Below the pieces are notes generated by a model. That model saw nothing but the letters and a program-made list of their open reading frames with translations. It made no database searches and was not told the origin of the DNA. Positions 35,607-45,316 of a DNA stretch of 64,000 nucleotides are shown here, one piece after another (positions within the stretch are counted from its first letter, which is position 1; every line of letters begins with the position of its first letter). The DNA lies in assembly GCA_964618725.1 (NCBI GenBank), contig CAZUBK010000001.1, positions 68,878 through 132,877 of the forward strand. Reading direction: 5' to 3'. This DNA comes from an uncultured Pseudomonadales bacterium (GTDB lineage Bacteria; Patescibacteriota; Microgenomatia; UBA1400; Chazhemtobacteraceae). The translations under genes and the position numbers were made by a program.

Positions 35607-36692
35607 GGCTAGACCGACCATGCACCAAAGTAGAGTCAGGGTCCAGAGATAAAAAAGGGTGTTGTTGAAGATGGAGTGGATAAGAAGTGAAATGTAAGAA
35701 GCAAAGAACGCCGGGTGAGGTAGAAGCTTTTGGCCAATTTTGAAGAGGAGGAAGAGGAAAGAGGTGAAGCCAAATAGACCAGTAGTAGTAAGAACAAAGA
35801 GAAAGCTGTTGTCAACCCCGCCAACGCGGTTGACAATAGTAGTGTTTTGATTTGTAAATTTGAGTGAGTTGAAGCCGACGCCCAAAATGGGGCTTTGTTT
35901 AAAGAGTTCAAGTGACTTGGTCTGATTATTTAGCCTCGAGGTAATCGAGAAGGTACGGAGGAGATTGACACCTTCACCGAAGGGTTTGGGAATAATGAGG
36001 ATGGTGAGTGAAAGGAGGAGAGCGGCAATAAGAAATTTAAGTTGACGCTTTAAAATGATGAGAGTTAAAAGGCCGACAAAGAAAGCGATATATGAAGCAC
36101 GAGAGAAAGTAAGGGCGAGGGCAAGGAGACAGGGGATAACGTAGAGAGGCTTCCTCGATTTAGCGATGAGTAGAAGGGAGAAGACGGCGAGAATGGCACC
36201 GGTGAAGTTGGGGTCAAAGAGGGTGCCAACTAGGCGATAGTAGTGATCGTCGAAGCCGATTGAGCGAAGAAAACGGGTATCGGGAAGGAATAGGTATTGA
36301 AGAAGACCAAGGAGAAGGAAGATAAAGAGGCTGACCTTAGCGAGTTTGAGTTGATCGGCATTTATCTCTTGGACAGCGAAATAAACGCCTAAAGTCGAAA
36401 CAAAGCGGAGGAGATAGAGAGAGGAAAGAAAAGTTGTGGAGAGGCCGAGGAGATTTAGGTTGGCGAGGAGAGATAGGCAAGCGGCGAGAATAAAAAGAAG
36501 GAGAGGAGCATTTAATGGATCCCTGAGAAGTTTTACACGCTTAACGTAAACGAGACATAGCAAGAGGAGTAAGTTGAGGATATCGAGCCAGGCCGGGTGA
36601 ACGCTTGGATTGATTTGGGGCAGAACAAGTAATTGACCAAAAGGCCAGAAGATTATGACGAAAGAAAGAAGCTTACTTACTACTGGTTTCAT
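35580..36692 (-). CDS. O-antigen ligase-like (Wzy_C domain) membrane protein
   Basis: 370 aa multi-TM. LLIAKSRKPLYVIPCLLALALTFSRASYIAFFVGLL resembles the Wzy_C/WaaL core. Confidence 0.55.
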   Translation of the reverse strand: MKPVVSKLLSFVIIFWPFGQLLVLPQINPSVHPAWLDILNLLLLLCLVYVKRVKLLRDPLNAPLLLFILAACLSLLANLNLLGLSTTFLSSLYLLRFVSTLGVYFAVQEINADQLKLAKVSLFIFLLLGLLQYLFLPDTRFLRSIGFDDHYYRLVGTLFDPNFTGAILAVFSLLLIAKSRKPLYVIPCLLALALTFSRASYIAFFVGLLTLIILKRQLKFLIAALLLSLTILIIPKPFGEGVNLLRTFSITSRLNNQTKSLELFKQSPILGVGFNSLKFTNQNTTIVNRVGGVDNSFLFVLTTTGLFGFTSFLFLLFKIGQKLLPHPAFFASYISLLIHSIFNNTLFYLWTLTLLWCMVGLASKRKTESK

Positions 36693-37420
36693 TTTGTATT
36701 GGATAGTTCCCAGTGTTTAACGCGAGTAATTAGTGAGTAGTAGCTCATGAGAAGTGAGAAGTGAAGACCGGCCAGGCCGTCCATAAAGCCGAGAAGAAAA
36801 AAGTAATTGTAGAAGAACTTGGCGAACGGCTTGATTAGCTCTGATAGATTGAATGGGGTTTTTTGTAGGGAGGCATCAATTGTAGTGTAGCGGTTAAAAC
36901 GAAGAAATAGTTCATTTAAAGATAGATCTCGTAAATGAAGCAGGGGGCAGTTAAGTTGTCCGATTAAGCCTTTGATGTGCCAGGTCTCATGGACGGGGCG
37001 CTGCCACACTCCAGCGCCACGGCGGGCGAGTCGAAGGAGGGAAACGTTGGCGGTTTCTCCATACTTAAGGGACTGGCCCAAGAAGAGATCGTGGCGATAG
37101 AGATAGAAGCCTTGATACCGGTCAGCGTTGAGGGCGGCGAGGATTTCTTTTTTTAGCGCTTGACTAATTGCTTCATCAGAATCTAAGAAAAGTAGCCAGT
37201 CGGAGGTAGCTTTGGTAAGAGCGAAGTTGCGTTGACTGGCCCAGTCGTTATTCAGAGGATGGATAAATACCTTCGAAGTATACTTGGTGGCTTGTAGCAC
37301 CGTGTTATCACTACTTTGATCGTCGATGACGATAATCTCGTCACAGAAGCTGAGGGATCTAAGACAGCGAGTAATAGAGTTCTGATTATTTTTAGTGAGA
37401 ACAATAGCAGTGAGTGTCAT
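36689..37420 (-). CDS. Glycosyltransferase family 2
   Basis: IVLTKNNQNSI...VIDDQSSDNT...FLDSDE (DxD). Confidence 0.7.
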   Translation of the reverse strand: MTLTAIVLTKNNQNSITRCLRSLSFCDEIIVIDDQSSDNTVLQATKYTSKVFIHPLNNDWASQRNFALTKATSDWLLFLDSDEAISQALKKEILAALNADRYQGFYLYRHDLFLGQSLKYGETANVSLLRLARRGAGVWQRPVHETWHIKGLIGQLNCPLLHLRDLSLNELFLRFNRYTTIDASLQKTPFNLSELIKPFAKFFYNYFFLLGFMDGLAGLHFSLLMSYYSLITRVKHWELSNTK

Positions 37421-37454
37421 TGAGGCAATTTTAACTGAATAAAGGCATTAGAAT

Positions 37455-38957
37455 ATGAGTGTGATTAAACGAAGCTGGTCTTTGATCGGAATTGTACTTG
37501 TGTTACTGATTAGCATAGCGTTAGTACGAGTGAGAGCAGTTGTCCATGCCTGCATTAATCAGCTTATGGCCGAAGAGATATGTTGGCAGTATGTAGAGAG
37601 ATTGGAGTGGGTGACAAAGAAGATAGAAAAAGTTACTCGGAACGAAACGTTGAAACAAGTTGCTGATCTGATTGAGATGGGTAGGGAAATCCGGCCATTT
37701 AGAAACTACTTGATTGGAGAAGGCAAAAAGATAACGTATCTAGTTTTATTGCAAAACGATTTTGAACTACGTGCCAATGGAGGTTTTTCTGGCTCATATG
37801 CCGTTATTGAAATGGAAAAAGGAAGGTGGAAAATGAGGTTTGAAGACATCTATACTCCTGATGGACAACTGAACGGGTATGTGGCGCCACCACCACCGAT
37901 TCAAGCGGCTTTTAGAAAGGGTGGGTATTTGCTGCGAGATAGTGACTGGGAACCAGATTTCCCACTATCGGCGACAACGATGCGTTGGTTTTTTGAGAAG
38001 GGGGGGGAGGTCAATCCCGACATACTAGTGACACTGCCTTTTTCGACAGTAAGAGAAATAATCGGGATACTGGGGTCAGTCAAAGTACCGGAATATAACC
38101 TAACGATCAATAACGACAATATCTACGATTTCCTACAGAGTGAGAGTGAGGTTGATTTTTTTGCTGGTTCAACACAAAAAAAAGATGCGATAACTGCGGT
38201 AGGTCGAGCAGTTTTTGGTCAAGCGCGCCACTTGTCCTGGAAGGCAAAAATCAGACTGGCACATCTAATATTAGAGGAGCTGAAACGGCAAAATATGGTT
38301 GTCCACTCATTGAGTGATGAGTTTGAGCAAAAGTTATTGTTTCTAGAATTTGGCGGTGAACTAAAACCGATACGTGCAGAGGATACGGTGGTTGGTGATA
38401 CGGTTGGCCTGATTGAGGTAAATTTAGGGGCAAATAAGGCGAATTGTTGTTTGCTTCGCCAGACGGAACACGTTGTATCGGAATCCGGGGAGAAGATAAA
38501 ACACACGATCGTGGCTTGGTTTGAAAATAAATCTGGGAAAGAGAATCCAAGCCCACCTGATTTTTATGGAGGCAATTATCTGAGCTTTCTCCGTTTCTAT
38601 GTGCCCATAGAAGCGTCCAATATCAAAGTAGAGGCAGAACCGACCTACCCGAATGAGCTTATCGGTTATCCACTCCCTGTGGATACAGCGAGGAAGACTG
38701 GTGAAGTGGTAGAGACAATGAGATTTGGCTTCAAAGAGATTGGTTTTTTTCATCTAACCAAGGCGGGGACAAGGAGTCGAGTTGAATTAAGTTATCAACT
38801 GCTTATCGGAAACGAAGTGAGTTATCAACTCATGATCTTTAAACAGAATGGGGTGAGGCAATCACCACAGGTGATAGATATATTTGGGAAGAAATCAGTC
38901 GCTAATCTCGAAAACGATTTTACCGTGAGTGAAATGACAGAAAATGGGCGACCCTAA
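37455..38957 (+). CDS. DUF4012-like membrane-anchored protein
   Basis: 500 aa with an N-terminal TM. LLQNDFELRANGGFSGSYAVIEM resembles the DUF4012 signature seen near cell-envelope polysaccharide loci. Confidence 0.45.
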   Translation: MSVIKRSWSLIGIVLVLLISIALVRVRAVVHACINQLMAEEICWQYVERLEWVTKKIEKVTRNETLKQVADLIEMGREIRPFRNYLIGEGKKITYLVLLQNDFELRANGGFSGSYAVIEMEKGRWKMRFEDIYTPDGQLNGYVAPPPPIQAAFRKGGYLLRDSDWEPDFPLSATTMRWFFEKGGEVNPDILVTLPFSTVREIIGILGSVKVPEYNLTINNDNIYDFLQSESEVDFFAGSTQKKDAITAVGRAVFGQARHLSWKAKIRLAHLILEELKRQNMVVHSLSDEFEQKLLFLEFGGELKPIRAEDTVVGDTVGLIEVNLGANKANCCLLRQTEHVVSESGEKIKHTIVAWFENKSGKENPSPPDFYGGNYLSFLRFYVPIEASNIKVEAEPTYPNELIGYPLPVDTARKTGEVVETMRFGFKEIGFFHLTKAGTRSRVELSYQLLIGNEVSYQLMIFKQNGVRQSPQVIDIFGKKSVANLENDFTVSEMTENGRP

Positions 38958-38975
38958 TGGATCGCCCGAGACAGA

Positions 38976-39275
38976 TTACCTAGTCGCATCTTCTAGGTCA
39001 TTGATGATAGCATCGATCTTATTGAGCTCGTCGACACTCGGCTGACCCTGAACATCAACATGAGGTTTGGCGTAGGGGTTGGTCGTGCAGCCCAAAAAGA
39101 TGGCCACATTGCCACGGACGATACCTCTGCGGTACCGCCACCCATTCTTGCTGCAAAGCAGGTTGGACAATTCTCCCTCGACAGAAGAAGTATGTGTACA
39201 CTCTTCAATGCTGATGAGACGCTGGAGTTGAACTTGACTAAGTTGGTAGAGGGTGGAACCTGTAAGTTGACCCAT
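38976..39275 (-). CDS. Hypothetical protein (99 aa)
   Basis: ORF only. A competing 72-aa ORF lies on the plus strand; assignment is uncertain. Confidence 0.25.
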   Translation of the reverse strand: MGQLTGSTLYQLSQVQLQRLISIEECTHTSSVEGELSNLLCSKNGWRYRRGIVRGNVAIFLGCTTNPYAKPHVDVQGQPSVDELNKIDAIINDLEDATR

Positions 39276-39339
39276 TGATAGTCTCCTTTGCTAATGGTGT
39301 TAAGAACTTTGCATATTCTAGTCTATAGGATGGTACAAG

Positions 39340-40167
39340 TCAAGAGCGACGTTTGTAGTAGTGGTATGTCCAGAGAAGATAGAGGTAGGGGTAGAAGAAA
39401 ATATTATAGACTAAAGCAATTATTTTTTGTGGGAGAGGTATCCAGGTATTAATGAATGTAAGTTGGCTTTTAAAGCTAATTAGGAGTTTGTTAGTCGGTT
39501 TTGTGAAAGAAGAGGAGGTGTTGTGTTTGACGGTGACCGAGGGGTCAAGATAGAGGCGGAAACTAGCCTTGTTGGCCTTAAGGCAGAAATCGACGTCTTC
39601 GAGATACATGAAGTAGCTTTCATCTAAGAGACCAATCTTTCTAAAAACGGTGGACTTAATGAGAACACAGGCAAAGGTGACGAATTGAGCCGGTCGTAAG
39701 TCTTGGGTAGGTAGACGACTTAAGTTTACGTGAGTGGCTTGGCCGGTAACCGGGTTGACCGAGCCCTCAAGGCCAAAGAACTTTTGCCCGTTTTGAGTAT
39801 GGATCAGAGCGGGGGCGATAAGCTGGGCTTTACTTTGATTCATATGGAGAAGAAGTGGGGTCAGGAAATGTCTGGGGACTTTGGTGTCGGGATTGAGGAT
39901 GAGAATGTGAGTAGCTTTTTGTTTCAGGGCGAAACGAATACCGACGTTGTTGCCGGCGGCAAAGCCTAGATTCCCGGGGTTCTTAATCATCTTTATCTTG
40001 GGGAAGTGGGCAGAGAGATATTGAAAAGAAGCAGGGTCAGGGGAGTTATCTAGAACTATGATGTTTGTGAAAGACGACAGGTCAGAAGCAAGAAGAGAAC
40101 GAATACACCTGACCGTATCAAGATACTTTTTGTAGTTAAGAATTAGGACGAAGATTTTAGGACTCAT
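39340..40167 (-). CDS. Glycosyltransferase family 2
   Basis: FVLILNYKKYLDT...IIVLDNSPDP...GFAAGNNVGIRFAL...YLEDVDFC. Confidence 0.7.
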   Translation of the reverse strand: MSPKIFVLILNYKKYLDTVRCIRSLLASDLSSFTNIIVLDNSPDPASFQYLSAHFPKIKMIKNPGNLGFAAGNNVGIRFALKQKATHILILNPDTKVPRHFLTPLLLHMNQSKAQLIAPALIHTQNGQKFFGLEGSVNPVTGQATHVNLSRLPTQDLRPAQFVTFACVLIKSTVFRKIGLLDESYFMYLEDVDFCLKANKASFRLYLDPSVTVKHNTSSSFTKPTNKLLISFKSQLTFINTWIPLPQKIIALVYNIFFYPYLYLLWTYHYYKRRS

Positions 40168-40187
40168 CTGTTGTATTCTACTGCCAT

Positions 40188-40862
40188 ATGACTAAGCCAT
40201 TAAGGGCAGCCGTAGAAATCATTGTTGAGACATTGCAATTGAAAGGGAAGATCTTGGAAATAGGGTCGAGACAAGAGAAGAATCAACGGAAAATTGCTAA
40301 CTTACGGCCATTTTTTCATAAAAGCGAGTATCTAGGTATCGATATGAGGCCGGGGCCGGGGGTAGATAGAGTGGTAGATGGAGGAACGTTGCCATTCAAG
40401 GATGAGTCCTTTGATGTGGTGATCTGTCTTGAGACCATGGAACATGCCAGTAGACCGGGAGAGGTGGCCGCGGAGATAGAGAGGGTACTTAGTAGAGATG
40501 GGGTGGCCCTGGTTTCGAGTCAACAGAATTTCCCCATTCACATGCATCCTTCAGACTATTTTCGATACACGCCGTTTGGTCTAGCGATACTGTTTAGCAA
40601 ATTGAAGCAAAAGTTAGTGGTGGCGATTTCACCGCCTTTTGATGATGAAGTAAAACTCAATCCTCAGGCGGTCTTACTCATTGGTTGGAAGAAGAGAAAC
40701 AAGAGTATCGAGGATCTAAAAAGGAATTTGATCCAGAGTAAAAGTAGGATTTCGGCTCACAAGCCGTACAGACATAGAATTCAAGATGCCTGGAAAATCA
40801 TGAAGCGGGCTTTCAGTGAGCTTTCTTTTAGACAGGAAATAGAGTTTTTTGAAATCGATTAG
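40188..40862 (+). CDS. Class I SAM-dependent methyltransferase (Methyltransf_11-like)
   Basis: ILEIGSRQ (degenerate motif I), DVVICLETMEHASRPGEVAAEIERVLSRDGVALVS (motif II/III region). Confidence 0.5.
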   Translation: MTKPLRAAVEIIVETLQLKGKILEIGSRQEKNQRKIANLRPFFHKSEYLGIDMRPGPGVDRVVDGGTLPFKDESFDVVICLETMEHASRPGEVAAEIERVLSRDGVALVSSQQNFPIHMHPSDYFRYTPFGLAILFSKLKQKLVVAISPPFDDEVKLNPQAVLLIGWKKRNKSIEDLKRNLIQSKSRISAHKPYRHRIQDAWKIMKRAFSELSFRQEIEFFEID

Positions 40863-41959
40863 GACTTTAGGACTTTTTGATATAGGTGGTCGATCTGTTT
40901 AGCGACTTTGAGGTGGTCGTAGCGTGACTTGGCACGCTTCAGGGCAAGTTGGGAAAACTTCTTTCTGAGTAGGGGATTCGTAACAAGTAAGTGAAGTTTG
41001 TTGGTAAGTGAGATAGCATCGCTGGGCTTGGCATAGAGTGCTGCATTGCCACAAACTTCTTTGATGGCACCTGTATTTGTGGTCACAATGGGGAGTCCTG
41101 AAGCCATGGCTTCGACCAGTACCATACCGAACTGTTCTTGCCAGTATTTTGTTGTTTTACTGGGCAAGCAAAAAATATCGGCCTTTTGATATGCCTCCTG
41201 AATACGCGAGTAGGGCAGAGTGGAGTGGGTGAGTGGAAGCCCGGAGGGTAACTTAACATCTCCTTTGCCTACAACAGTGAGGTGGACCTTAAGGCCTTGA
41301 TGCAATAGATTGCGATAGCTTTGTAGTAATTCTGGTACCCCCTTCTCGCTGGTTAACCGACCAACAAAGAGAATCTGAGTAGTTTTGTTGCTTCTCTTTT
41401 TGGCTTTGTGTGAAAATTTCTTGAGATTGACCCCCATGGGAATAACCGTGATTTTGTGACTTGGGACGCCTTCAGTCATGAGTGATTTTTTGGCAAGCTT
41501 GGTGACGGCGAGGAAATGATCAATATATTTGAAGGCTAGTTTTTTGAAGGCCGTTCTCCCCCTTATAGTTTCATTGTTGTGTGGAATTACTTCCCAGACA
41601 GTACTAACAATTTTTTTAATCTTGCCTTGTCTTTTAAGATCAATTGCCTGTTTGGTGTAGTGATAGTAGGTTTCAGCGACGTGGACAACCTCACTACTAG
41701 TGACTACTTTGTCGAGACCGAAAAGATAGTGAATGTCGGTGGTTAACCTGTTAATGATTTGATATTTAAAGGGGAATTGAGGTAGGTCGGTAAGGGATGG
41801 TAGTTTGATGAGTGGAATATCAATGTTGTCGTTCAAGGGATACAAGGATGAGACGGCCTGAATGTTATATTTGTCTTGAAGTGGAGAGTAGTTTTGAAGT
41901 TCAAAGGGATTCAAAAATGCCCCACGGATGATTGAGATCTTTATCTGATTTTTCGCCAT
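40859..41959 (-). CDS. Glycosyltransferase family 4 (GT-B, group 1)
   Basis: ILFVGRLTSEKGVPELL, FCLPSKTTKYWQEQFGMVLVEAMASGLPIVTT (E-x7-E-like). Confidence 0.7.
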   Translation of the reverse strand: MAKNQIKISIIRGAFLNPFELQNYSPLQDKYNIQAVSSLYPLNDNIDIPLIKLPSLTDLPQFPFKYQIINRLTTDIHYLFGLDKVVTSSEVVHVAETYYHYTKQAIDLKRQGKIKKIVSTVWEVIPHNNETIRGRTAFKKLAFKYIDHFLAVTKLAKKSLMTEGVPSHKITVIPMGVNLKKFSHKAKKRSNKTTQILFVGRLTSEKGVPELLQSYRNLLHQGLKVHLTVVGKGDVKLPSGLPLTHSTLPYSRIQEAYQKADIFCLPSKTTKYWQEQFGMVLVEAMASGLPIVTTNTGAIKEVCGNAALYAKPSDAISLTNKLHLLVTNPLLRKKFSQLALKRAKSRYDHLKVAKQIDHLYQKVLKS

Positions 41960-42789
41960 ATAGTGGTAACCAGCCTATCAGTAAAAAAAACTGGTTGTAG
42001 GATCAAGTTTTCTAAGACGGAAAGGTGTTTTTTGGCATAATTTGATCTTGATTCAAACCAGGCTTCATGGTTTATCCTGTCTCTGTTTGGACTACTTCTA
42101 CCCCCGAAGTGCACCATTTCAGAGTGTGGACAAAATATAACTTTTTTCCTCTTTTCTTTTGCTCTCACACAAAGGTCAGTATCCTCAAGATACATAAAAA
42201 ACGATTCATCAAACATACCTAAGTCCTTAAATAAGTTGTTTTTAATCAACATGAAACCGCCCGAAACGACATCGACCACTTTATCGCCTGCCGTTTTTTT
42301 TTCGTTCAAGTAATAGTGTACTTTGTGGAAATAATCGTAAGGAATTAGTTTCCTCAAATTAGTGTAGTCAAATAGCATTGTTTGCAGAGTTGGCTTTCGC
42401 ACATACGAGCCATGAAGCTTCTTGTTCGTTTTGTACATTTTTCCACCTGCGATATCCGCTTTGTTATTTGTGAGGCATTTGGTCAATATCTTTATAGAGT
42501 TTGATTTAGTTAAAGTGTCGGGATTTACGAAAAGTAAATACTTACCCACACTCTGCTTAGCTCCTATATTGATTCCTTTGGCAAAACCATAATTGTGATT
42601 ATTCTTAATTACTTTAAGCTTTCTAATTTTAAGTTCAAGTATTTTCTCGATAGTACTATCTTGAGAGCAATTATCAACTACAACTAGTTCGTCTTGATTG
42701 TCCATTTCCTTACTGAGACTTTTAAGACACCCTTGTATGTATTTCTCGGAGTTGTATGTAAGCACAATTATTGAAATACGTTTTGACAT
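41941..42789 (-). CDS. Glycosyltransferase family 2
   Basis: ISIIVLTYNSEKYI...VVVDNCSQDST...YLEDTDLC. Confidence 0.7.
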   Translation of the reverse strand: MSKRISIIVLTYNSEKYIQGCLKSLSKEMDNQDELVVVDNCSQDSTIEKILELKIRKLKVIKNNHNYGFAKGINIGAKQSVGKYLLFVNPDTLTKSNSIKILTKCLTNNKADIAGGKMYKTNKKLHGSYVRKPTLQTMLFDYTNLRKLIPYDYFHKVHYYLNEKKTAGDKVVDVVSGGFMLIKNNLFKDLGMFDESFFMYLEDTDLCVRAKEKRKKVIFCPHSEMVHFGGRSSPNRDRINHEAWFESRSNYAKKHLSVLENLILQPVFFTDRLVTTIWRKIR

Positions 42790-42835
42790 TGGTTATATTG
42801 ACAAATCTTTTGAATAGTTATTTTATCTAGTAATC

Positions 42836-44596
42836 ATGATAAAGAAGCTCTCGTTTGTTTGTGTGATATTTTCTCTAATCTTTTTATCACTTGCTATTCA
42901 CTCTTATGCTTTCTCTGACGATTTTACATCTACAGAGCTTAATACAGAAAATTGGGCACTTGATCTCAATGGTGGAAATGCTTTTTATGATGGTAATTCT
43001 CTAAGATTAGTGCAAGGCATCAATACCAAATCACCGTATCTTAGAACAAATAACTTCACTCTAGCAACTGGCCGAGAGATTGAGATCAAATTTAAACTAG
43101 TTGGTCCATATAATTACGGCGCAGGAATTGTCTTTTATGATAGTCAGCTTGCGAATGGAATCCCCACTGAACACGCACACGCACGGACGCTTTTGCAAAT
43201 ATGGCCTTCTGGTGGAGGGAAGATCGGTTTGTATGCATTATTGCTGTGTGACGAGTCGGAAATTGATTGTTCTCGCCCGTATAGGCTACTAACTCAATAT
43301 CAATATGACGCTGAGTGGCATATTCTAAAAGTGACACAATCATTGTCTAATGTTTACTCTGTTTATTTAGATGGCGTTAAATTTCTGGAGAGTCGACCAA
43401 CAGATATAAGTGTTGGTTCTTTATGGTTTGGTAATCCAGAAATCACAGGTTCAGCAATACGTCCTTGGATCGAGATCGATTATGTACACGAAAATGCTGG
43501 AGATACCGAGGTTTCCCCTCAAGTTCCTGATTTGAAACAATATGATTCTGGATGGGGAGAGCAGATCTATGATAATGCACCTGTCTGGTCTCCAGAGACA
43601 CCAACAATAAGGAGATGGGGTTGTGCTTTAACTTCGGCATCGATGATCCTCAACTACTTTAACCACTCGATTGATCCGGGAGACTTAAATCAGTGGTTAC
43701 TTGGGCAACTGGACGGATATATACGCAATGGCTCGCTCAACTGGTTGGCAGTATCTCGGTACTCAAAGATAAATCGTGATGAGGACTCCCCTAACTTGGA
43801 ATTCACTAGGGCAAAAGTTGATAATGGGTTGCTGGACTCTACCTTGGCAGACGAGAGACCGGTGATCCTGGGGGAACCGGGACATTTTGTAGTGGCGACG
43901 GAGAAATCGGGCGAAACGTATTTGATAAATGATCCGGGATTCGATGATAGGCCAACATTGGCATCGTATGACAATGGTTATACATCACAGAGCGTCTATA
44001 CTCCCTCTAACACGGATTTATCCTACATGATGTTGGTAATCAATGAAGATGTTGATATATCAATAAAAGATAGTGAGGATAATCTAGTTGGAGACATCTT
44101 TAAAGAGGAACTGATTGATCAGACGGATGGGTCAAGTAACGGTGGATTAAATGTCTACTACTTCCCTAAACCAGAGGATGGAGACTATGTAATACGGGTT
44201 TCTGGTGGGGAAGGCTTGTATCAACTTGATTCATATCTTTATGATACTGATGGTGAAGTGGCCAAAAAGACCTTTCAGGGAGTTTTGAGTGGCTCCGATG
44301 AGGAAGAGTATCAAATTATGCTTGGCGAGGATGATGAAATCGACAAAAAAATAGGGATTGATGGCATGTTGGCTGACCTGGAAAAACTATACCAAATGAA
44401 GCTGTTGGATCATAACAGTTACAATCTGATTAAGAAGCAGTTATTGATAATGAAGAAATTAGAGGGTAAGCGGGTGGCACAGACGGGGGTAAAATTGCTA
44501 ACTTTGAGCCTGAAGAGGCAGATTCAACTACTTTCATCCAGATTAATTAGCACTGAGGCAGAGGCAGTCCTGCTTGAGGATTTAGAGGGCCTTTAG
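42836..44596 (+). CDS. Secreted two-domain protein: ConA/LamG-like lectin domain plus papain-like C39-like peptidase domain
   Basis: Signal peptide. N-terminal beta-rich domain. RRWGCALTSASMILNYF (Cys nucleophile) and GHFVVATE (His). C-terminal acidic region. Confidence 0.45.
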   Translation: MIKKLSFVCVIFSLIFLSLAIHSYAFSDDFTSTELNTENWALDLNGGNAFYDGNSLRLVQGINTKSPYLRTNNFTLATGREIEIKFKLVGPYNYGAGIVFYDSQLANGIPTEHAHARTLLQIWPSGGGKIGLYALLLCDESEIDCSRPYRLLTQYQYDAEWHILKVTQSLSNVYSVYLDGVKFLESRPTDISVGSLWFGNPEITGSAIRPWIEIDYVHENAGDTEVSPQVPDLKQYDSGWGEQIYDNAPVWSPETPTIRRWGCALTSASMILNYFNHSIDPGDLNQWLLGQLDGYIRNGSLNWLAVSRYSKINRDEDSPNLEFTRAKVDNGLLDSTLADERPVILGEPGHFVVATEKSGETYLINDPGFDDRPTLASYDNGYTSQSVYTPSNTDLSYMMLVINEDVDISIKDSEDNLVGDIFKEELIDQTDGSSNGGLNVYYFPKPEDGDYVIRVSGGEGLYQLDSYLYDTDGEVAKKTFQGVLSGSDEEEYQIMLGEDDEIDKKIGIDGMLADLEKLYQMKLLDHNSYNLIKKQLLIMKKLEGKRVAQTGVKLLTLSLKRQIQLLSSRLISTEAEAVLLEDLEGL

Positions 44597-44598
44597 AG

Positions 44599-44672
44599 TG
44601 CTCGCGCCTGGATTCGAACCAGGGACCTTTGCAATGTGAATGCAACGCTCTAACCAGCTGAGCTACGCGAGC
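44599..44672 (-). tRNA. tRNA-Val (anticodon CAC)
   Basis: Minus-strand cloverleaf: acceptor gctcgcg/cgcgagc, anticodon stem ttgca/tgcaa with loop ttcacat, T-arm ccctggttcgaatccagg. Confidence 0.8.
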
Positions 44673-44739
44673 ATGTCATGCCTATTTTACCAGAGTAATC
44701 TAGATTGCAGGATACTATCGTTACCGTTACTATTAGTTT

Positions 44740-45300
44740 ATGTTCGGCCTAATTAAGAGAATCGGTAACTTTTTTATGGACATCATTGAGGTCTTTGTCG
44801 TCTCGATGTCGGTCTTCATTGTCGTATACCTGTTTCTGATGCAACCGCATCAAGTAAAAGGCAACTCGATGTACCCTACCTTTCATGACGGGGAGTATCT
44901 CATGACCGACAAGATCACATATCGGCGGAGAACACCAATGAGAGGGGATGTAGTGGTCTTTAAGGCACCGATTAACGAAGACTTTGATTTCATTAAGCGA
45001 GTGATTGGTGAACCAGGTGATCGAGTTAGGGTCCAGGGCGGAAAGGTATATATAAATGGTGAGTTACTCCAAGAGGACTATTTACCTCCTGAATATGTCA
45101 CCAGAGCGGGACGGTATATGAGAGAGGGTCAGGAGGTAGTAGTGGAGGAAGGAACGTGGATAGTGTTTGGAGATAACCGGGATCACAGTAGTGACAGTCG
45201 AGAGTGGGGAGCGGTGCCATTGGACAACTTTGTGGGGAGGGGGTTCTTCAGATATTGGCCTCCAAATAAAGCAGGGGTCATTGTTGACCCGGCATATTAA
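44740..45300 (+). CDS. lepB: Signal peptidase I
   Basis: VKGNSMYPT (catalytic Ser), FIKRVIGEPGD (Lys box), GDNRDHSSDSREWG. Confidence 0.85.
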   Translation: MFGLIKRIGNFFMDIIEVFVVSMSVFIVVYLFLMQPHQVKGNSMYPTFHDGEYLMTDKITYRRRTPMRGDVVVFKAPINEDFDFIKRVIGEPGDRVRVQGGKVYINGELLQEDYLPPEYVTRAGRYMREGQEVVVEEGTWIVFGDNRDHSSDSREWGAVPLDNFVGRGFFRYWPPNKAGVIVDPAY

Positions 45301-45316
45301 GTGTCTTGATGGGATA

